From the NCBI GenBank assembly GCA_965237675.1, contig OZ250150.1:800001-864000 (forward strand): a DNA stretch of 64,000 bases, given 5' to 3'. Positions 59,420-64,000 of this stretch are shown here, piece by piece. The translations under genes and the position numbers were made by a program. The notes under the pieces were generated by a model that ran no database searches, was not told the origin of the DNA, and saw only the letters and a list, made by a program, of their open reading frames with translations. The number at the start of each line of letters is the position of its first letter. The stretch's first letter is position 1. The stretch is from Candidatus Latescibacterota bacterium (GTDB taxonomy: Bacteria > Latescibacterota > UBA2968 > GCA-2709665).

Positions 59420-60500
59420 AGAGTTCGGGAAACGCAAGAACTGCTGCCCTACGGCCCCTGCCTTGATGAACCACCCTCAGGACGTCACCTTCGCACAAGA
59501 CATCCAGAATCCGCCGCGCGGTTCGCTGTGTAATGCCCGCGGATGCCGCAAAGTCAGAGCTGCGGAATATCGGACGTTCAAAAATCCAGTCCAGTGCATG
59601 GACGGCGTAGCGGGAGCGGGTGAGGTCGGCCACACGCCGCTTCATCTCTTCGTAGAGGTCGATGATGCCCTGTGCCTTTGTCAGGTTGTCCTGGGCTTGA
59701 ACCCTCACCGCTTCCAGGAAAAACCGGCACCATCCGGTCCAGTCGTCGTCACGCGAGACGGCAAGCAGGCCGTCATAGTAGGCGTCACGGTGGGTTTCGA
59801 AATAAGCACTGATGTAAAACATGGGAGCTCTGATAAGGCCACGCTGCCATAGGAACAGCGGCACCAGTATGCGTCCGAGACGACCGTTGCCATCCAGGAA
59901 CGGGTGCAGGGCTTCGAACTCGGCGTGCAGAATGGCGAGTTGAACCAATTGGTCGGCCGCATTATCGTGGATGTAACGCTCCCACGCACTCATGGCCTCT
60001 GGAAGCTTGTCCGCCCCAATCGGCACAAACTTGGCTTGATCGATGGTACATCCAGTGGGACCGATCCAATTGGGAATCCGACGAAATTCACCCGGTGACT
60101 GACCCTCTCCCCGCACCCCAGCCAACAGCACCCTATGGGCCTCGCGGATCACCCGATGGGAAAGCGGTAGCTTCTCCAGCATTTCTACCGCCCGCCGCAT
60201 TGCGGTGCGATAGTTGATCACTTCGTGAATGTCCTCCCGACGTGTGGGCGAATCCGGCTCCCGTCCGGCCTCGAACTCCAGCACCTCGCCCATAGTGGCC
60301 TGAGTGCCCTCGATGCGCGAAGAGAGCACGGCTTCCTGTGTTGTCAGAGGCGCAAGCAGATTGTCGGTGTTTGGGGTGGCGGCGAGTGTACCGTCGTAAC
60401 GTGCGACTGCCGCGGCGGCTGGGCCAATGAGTGGAATCAGCGCTGACCAGTCGAGGTTTTCGGGAGGGAACCGGCCGGCGTGGTATTGGACATGCGTCAT
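59388..60500 (-). CDS. Fic family protein
   Basis: EAVLSSRIEG inhibitory motif, HPFLDGNGRLGR Fic motif, C-terminal HTH-like region. Confidence 0.95.
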   Translation of the reverse strand: MTHVQYHAGRFPPENLDWSALIPLIGPAAAAVARYDGTLAATPNTDNLLAPLTTQEAVLSSRIEGTQATMGEVLEFEAGREPDSPTRREDIHEVINYRTAMRRAVEMLEKLPLSHRVIREAHRVLLAGVRGEGQSPGEFRRIPNWIGPTGCTIDQAKFVPIGADKLPEAMSAWERYIHDNAADQLVQLAILHAEFEALHPFLDGNGRLGRILVPLFLWQRGLIRAPMFYISAYFETHRDAYYDGLLAVSRDDDWTGWCRFFLEAVRVQAQDNLTKAQGIIDLYEEMKRRVADLTRSRYAVHALDWIFERPIFRSSDFAASAGITQRTARRILDVLCEGDVLRVVHQGRGRRAAVLAFPELLNVAEGREVF

Positions 60501-60830
60501 CAATCGTCTCCAAGCTCCCATTGCATGTGATGGCCGCAACGCCTGGTGCAATCGTGCGGCTTTGGTGGAAAAAACAGCGTCCCTGCATAAATCTTATTAT
60601 GTAGATGCGAAATTTCTTGTGCATATAGGTTTCGACCTTCAGCCGAGGAACCGTGGTCGATCCCTTGCGGCTGCGGCCGTCGCCTTAGTAATCGCCATTT
60701 ACCGCAGATCTCCGAGAAGACGCGGCGCAGTTCTGCCACTTCGACGTACAGCGACAGATTAATTCTTCGCCGCTGCACGATATATTTCGCTTCTATAGCC
60801 GCGGTCAGGGCCCACTCGACGAAAACGGCT

Positions 60831-60953
60831 GTTGTCGGTCAGTCATTGCCGTCAAAGTATTTTGTCGGCCATTTTTCCTCAAAATTGGCCGGTAAGCGAT
60901 GTTGTGGGACATACGTGACCGTCAAAATACATTTCTGCTTTCCGCAACGTTTA
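60831..60953. repeat. Direct repeat copy 2 (remnant of a second Fic 3' end)
   Basis: Encodes NVAESRNVF* versus NVAEGREVF* in the intact Fic. Confidence 0.8.
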
Positions 60954-60985
60954 CGCGAATTCCAAAATCGAGTCCACCCATCCCC

Positions 60986-61153
60986 CGTGGGCCTGCCTGT
61001 CCTGCCTGCTGAAGCAGACGAGGCAGGCGGCAGACAGGCAACCCTTGTGGATGCCCTGGTTTCTTTGGCGGAGATCGTCGCTTCCTGGAAGGCCGGGCGC
61101 CCACAAGAGGCGCCCCTACAAATGTGATCATTCCACGGATGTGGTTGGGCATT
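60986..61153. repeat. REPIN-like inverted REP pair, left arm interrupted by nested CCTG...CAGG palindromes
   Basis: GGCAACCCTTGTGGATGCCC ... GGGCGCCCACAAGAGGCGCCCCTAC; homologous to 63693-63814. Confidence 0.75.
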
Positions 61154-61267
61154 GGCATAAGCCCTTGCATCGAGGTGGATCCAAAACGCTTGGACATGAC
61201 CGCCCAAGTGGCTTTTGCGGAAAAGCGATAAGATGGCGATTCGGTTCCTCGGTTCATTTGCCTTGAA

Positions 61268-63010
61268 TTAAGGACATGGTCTGTACTCGACCAATGCCGA
61301 CCGGCCGACTATGTCGGCGATGCGGACAAACATTTCGGTTCCGTCGGCATCGGTCAGCCGCAACTCTTCTCCGAGAATGAAGTGGACCGGCTGCTGCGCT
61401 CCCTGGTTAATCGAGACGTTGGAGGCGTACAGGTAGGTTCTGCCGTGACTATCCAGGATGGGGTTCAACCTTCCGGTTAAACCCGGTACCTCGCCGGTTG
61501 CCTCCGGGAAAATGACCGCACCCCCCTCCGGAAGCGTCCCAAGTTCAATCGCGAGCGCTCCACGGCTCGGCACCCATTCACGCTCCACATGCGCGGCGGA
61601 TCCGCGAGCAGCCACAAATACTGTCATCGGGAGGTGCGTGGTGTGCAGATCAATCGCCGCCTCGCCGTATTCGTCCGTGGTCGCGCGCTTCCATGTCTTG
61701 TTCGGAAAAAGTGTCAGAAGGTCGGCACCAGGCCGGGGTTGGCCGACGAACCGCACGGTGATGACGGCGCGGGCAGGGCTCTGCTCCTGCGCCGCCGCTG
61801 GTAGGGTGAGGCAGACCTCCGCGTCATCGATCAGTCGGTATTCAGGCATTCTCCCGCAGAGTTCCCACGTTTCCCGCCGAATGATCGGAACACCATCTCC
61901 GCGGCGCTCCATAAAGTATTGTCTGTCCTCTGAGCCCCGGACTCCCCCTACCGGCATTCGTCCCAGCACGGAGGTCAATGCTTCGTTTCGAGTCGCTTGC
62001 CGCGTTGCCATACTCTCAAGCGTCAGGTTATTCGGCAATGAACCCGGCGACTGGATCTCAATCCGATCCTCAAACATGGATAGGCGGATTCTACTGCCCT
62101 GAATGGAATAGTCGCGGTGCGCCACGGCGTTGACGATGGCCTCGAACAGCGCCTTGTCGCTGTACTGAGGCAAATCCACGCGCCACGGCTCCTTGCGCGC
62201 CGCAACGTGCATGTTCCTTACGCCGAAGGTCACCGCATCGGCGATTTGCCGGTTCAACGGGCCGGTAATTTCCTGCGCATCGATCTGGCCAGAGGCACGA
62301 TCCTTTCCCCTGTAGCGGGTCGCCGTAATGCAGGCGTTGGAGAGCCACTGCGCGGGATTCTGGGTGCACAACAACACGCCAGCAACCGTGGCACGCGAGA
62401 CCCCGGCTTCGTCGGGCGCTAGAAGCGCCAACTTCAGGAGCGCTGCCTCAGGATCCGCTGCCCCTTCGGCACTCAACAGGGGTTTCCAAAGCGATTCATC
62501 AAGAGTTTTGAACCCGGTATCCGGAACCGTTTGCTCGTCGAACGATCGGAAACGCGCCTGTCCCCGTCGTTGCGCCAGGCGCAGCCGCTCGTCACTCGTC
62601 ATCCTTCGCTTTGAACCGCCTACACGAACATAGCTTCCACCGGGGCTGTCATGCTGCGAATCGCCCTCCGGGACATCCACCAGCAGCAACCGATTGTCAT
62701 CAGGGAGTTGTTTGTGATATGTGTGGATACGAACGGCCGGTCTGATGGAGTCGGAGCTCACTTCGACCAGAAAAGAATCCAACGCGACGATCTGCTCAAG
62801 CGACATGCCCTGCACCTCGCCTTCGTCGGTGACGCTGCAAAGCAGTACGCCGCCGCTCGCATTGGCGAACGCCGCGATCTCGTCGGCCAGATCATCCCTG
62901 CGGGGACACTTGGGAACGATGCCGGCAAACACGATTTCCTTAAATTCCCACTGGCTGTCTTCACCCAATTGGAGTTGACGCTCGATTTCTTCGACGCTGT
63001 AACTCATCAC
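61268..63010 (-). CDS. AlbA_2/Schlafen + HATPase_c_4 (RecG-C-like) protein
   Basis: GEDSQWEFK, AFANASGG, EAIVNAVAHRDY, IQSPGSLP, MERRGDG motifs. Confidence 0.9.
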   Translation of the reverse strand: MMSYSVEEIERQLQLGEDSQWEFKEIVFAGIVPKCPRRDDLADEIAAFANASGGVLLCSVTDEGEVQGMSLEQIVALDSFLVEVSSDSIRPAVRIHTYHKQLPDDNRLLLVDVPEGDSQHDSPGGSYVRVGGSKRRMTSDERLRLAQRRGQARFRSFDEQTVPDTGFKTLDESLWKPLLSAEGAADPEAALLKLALLAPDEAGVSRATVAGVLLCTQNPAQWLSNACITATRYRGKDRASGQIDAQEITGPLNRQIADAVTFGVRNMHVAARKEPWRVDLPQYSDKALFEAIVNAVAHRDYSIQGSRIRLSMFEDRIEIQSPGSLPNNLTLESMATRQATRNEALTSVLGRMPVGGVRGSEDRQYFMERRGDGVPIIRRETWELCGRMPEYRLIDDAEVCLTLPAAAQEQSPARAVITVRFVGQPRPGADLLTLFPNKTWKRATTDEYGEAAIDLHTTHLPMTVFVAARGSAAHVEREWVPSRGALAIELGTLPEGGAVIFPEATGEVPGLTGRLNPILDSHGRTYLYASNVSINQGAQQPVHFILGEELRLTDADGTEMFVRIADIVGRSALVEYRPCP

Positions 63011-63196
63011 TGTTCTCCAGATCCAGGCTGTGTAGACCCGGCAAAGTTTACCCTTGTTTCAACTCGTCGATCGCCCCCCAGCCCTGTTTATGTCGTTCAC
63101 GCCGGTTGCAGCTGGAAAGACGGCAACGCAATTTCGACGGACCGGCTTCCCCCCGCAGCATGGCGTCGCGCTGGTATCGGCTTTGAAAGGGTACCA

Positions 63197-63439
63197 TCAA
63201 TCCAAACCATCGGCGACCGTTGCGTCGAGACCGCTCCATTCTTCACTGTCGGCAGCCATGGCTCGGTAGGTTTCCTTGAAGGATAGCTTGTTACGTTCAT
63301 TGCCATATATGAGGACGCCCTGTTCAGTCTCTTCCAGGACCAGCGAGTCGCCCCAGCCGTATTTCTGCACCAGCGCTCTCGGTAGCCGAATGCCCCTGGA
63401 GTTGCCGATAGCGATCAGTTTGACATCCCTCGTTGCCAT
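63197..63439 (-). CDS. AbrB/MazE-family antitoxin with no intact toxin downstream
   Basis: IGNSRGIRLP swapped-hairpin motif, acidic DATVADGLD tail, GGAGG RBS. Confidence 0.88.
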   Translation of the reverse strand: MATRDVKLIAIGNSRGIRLPRALVQKYGWGDSLVLEETEQGVLIYGNERNKLSFKETYRAMAADSEEWSGLDATVADGLD

Positions 63440-63533
63440 ACAGTCGACCTCCGTCGGATTCCTTCTATTACAGAAGTCATATAGTTACTTTATCGGACGA
63501 TGTCAAGCCTTCCGTGGAAATAAAAAGCAAGCA

Positions 63534-63814
63534 GGGCGCCCACAAGGGACGCCCCTACAATTGTAATGTTATTGCGGACATGGCCGTGCGTTATGCTAAA
63601 TGTGTACATAACGACGATTGGACATTTTCATCCAAATCCGCCGGGACACCTCCCCGCCGCCTTCACCCAAATCTGACCGGTACATACACCATCGTAGAGG
63701 CAACCCTTGTGATTGCCCTGGTTTTCGTTAGGGCGATCGTCGCGTCCTGGAAGGCAGTGCGCCCACAAGAGGCGCTCCTACCATATTAATGATTCCGCGG
63801 ATGTGGTTGGGCAT
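63534..63814. repeat. GTAG-type REP (63534-63558) and REPIN-like pair (63693-63782)
   Basis: GGGCGCCCACAAGGGACGCCCCTAC; GTAGAGGCAACCCTTGTGATTGCCC ... GCGCCCACAAGAGGCGCTCCTAC. Confidence 0.78.
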
Positions 63815-64000
63815 TGTAACAAATGTAGCAACTGAGCTGGATCGATAGCCGTTCGCCATCTCCTCCCAAATCGAATCCGACCATTCCTATAGGGGAAACC
63901 CTCGTGGTTAGCCAGGTTTCTGTGTCGGCTATCACAATGGTCACTGTGTTTTCCAGGGATTGGTGACGTCAACGTCCAGGCCATTGAAATCCGCGACATT

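Noticed and set aside
42524-63439. Integron cassette array (many co-oriented accessory genes)
   Set aside because: No recurring RYYYAAC...GTTRRRY attC structures after stop codons and no intI; several genes are joined by start/stop overlaps.
1-64000. CRISPR array, tRNA or rRNA genes
   Set aside because: No regularly spaced repeats with unique spacers and no cloverleaf or rRNA signature recognised, including upstream of tig.

Overview
High-GC bacterial chromosome segment with two parts. (1) 1-42.4 kb is core and metabolic: three paralogous GHL10-like TIM-barrel proteins, an HD hydrolase, a heparinase II/III-like protein, an acetamidase, an amidohydrolase, a Tes/GDGT-MAS-like radical SAM enzyme, tig-clpP-clpX-engB, a class V aminotransferase with a 5'-truncated serA, purA, moaA, a sulfite/nitrite reductase with a HEPN-like tail, a ferredoxin, gltB, a six-repeat secreted propeller protein, a transketolase-like protein, xylonate dehydratase and an Sfp PPTase. 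(2) 42.5-63.5 kb is a visibly lower-GC, all-minus-strand defence-like island: AAA ATPase, DUF6978/DUF1828-1829-like pair, frameshifted GIY-YIG, TPR protein, a translationally coupled DUF4365-unknown-SIR2 operon, Schlafen/AlbA proteins, an MmeI-like R-M enzyme, a HEPN-like protein, an ABC ATPase + DUF4276 pair, Fic and an orphan antitoxin. The top finding is a homocysteine S-methyltransferase (BHMT-like) gene with an in-frame TGA inside its G-x-C-C-G zinc motif, followed directly by a SECIS-like hairpin, so it is a candidate unrecognised selenoprotein (G-U-C-C-G-C). Intergenic DNA holds two MITE families abutting TAG stop codons, REP/REPIN units and tiny CCTG...CAGG palindromes nested inside other repeats. 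All family calls come from motif recognition by eye; no searches were run.
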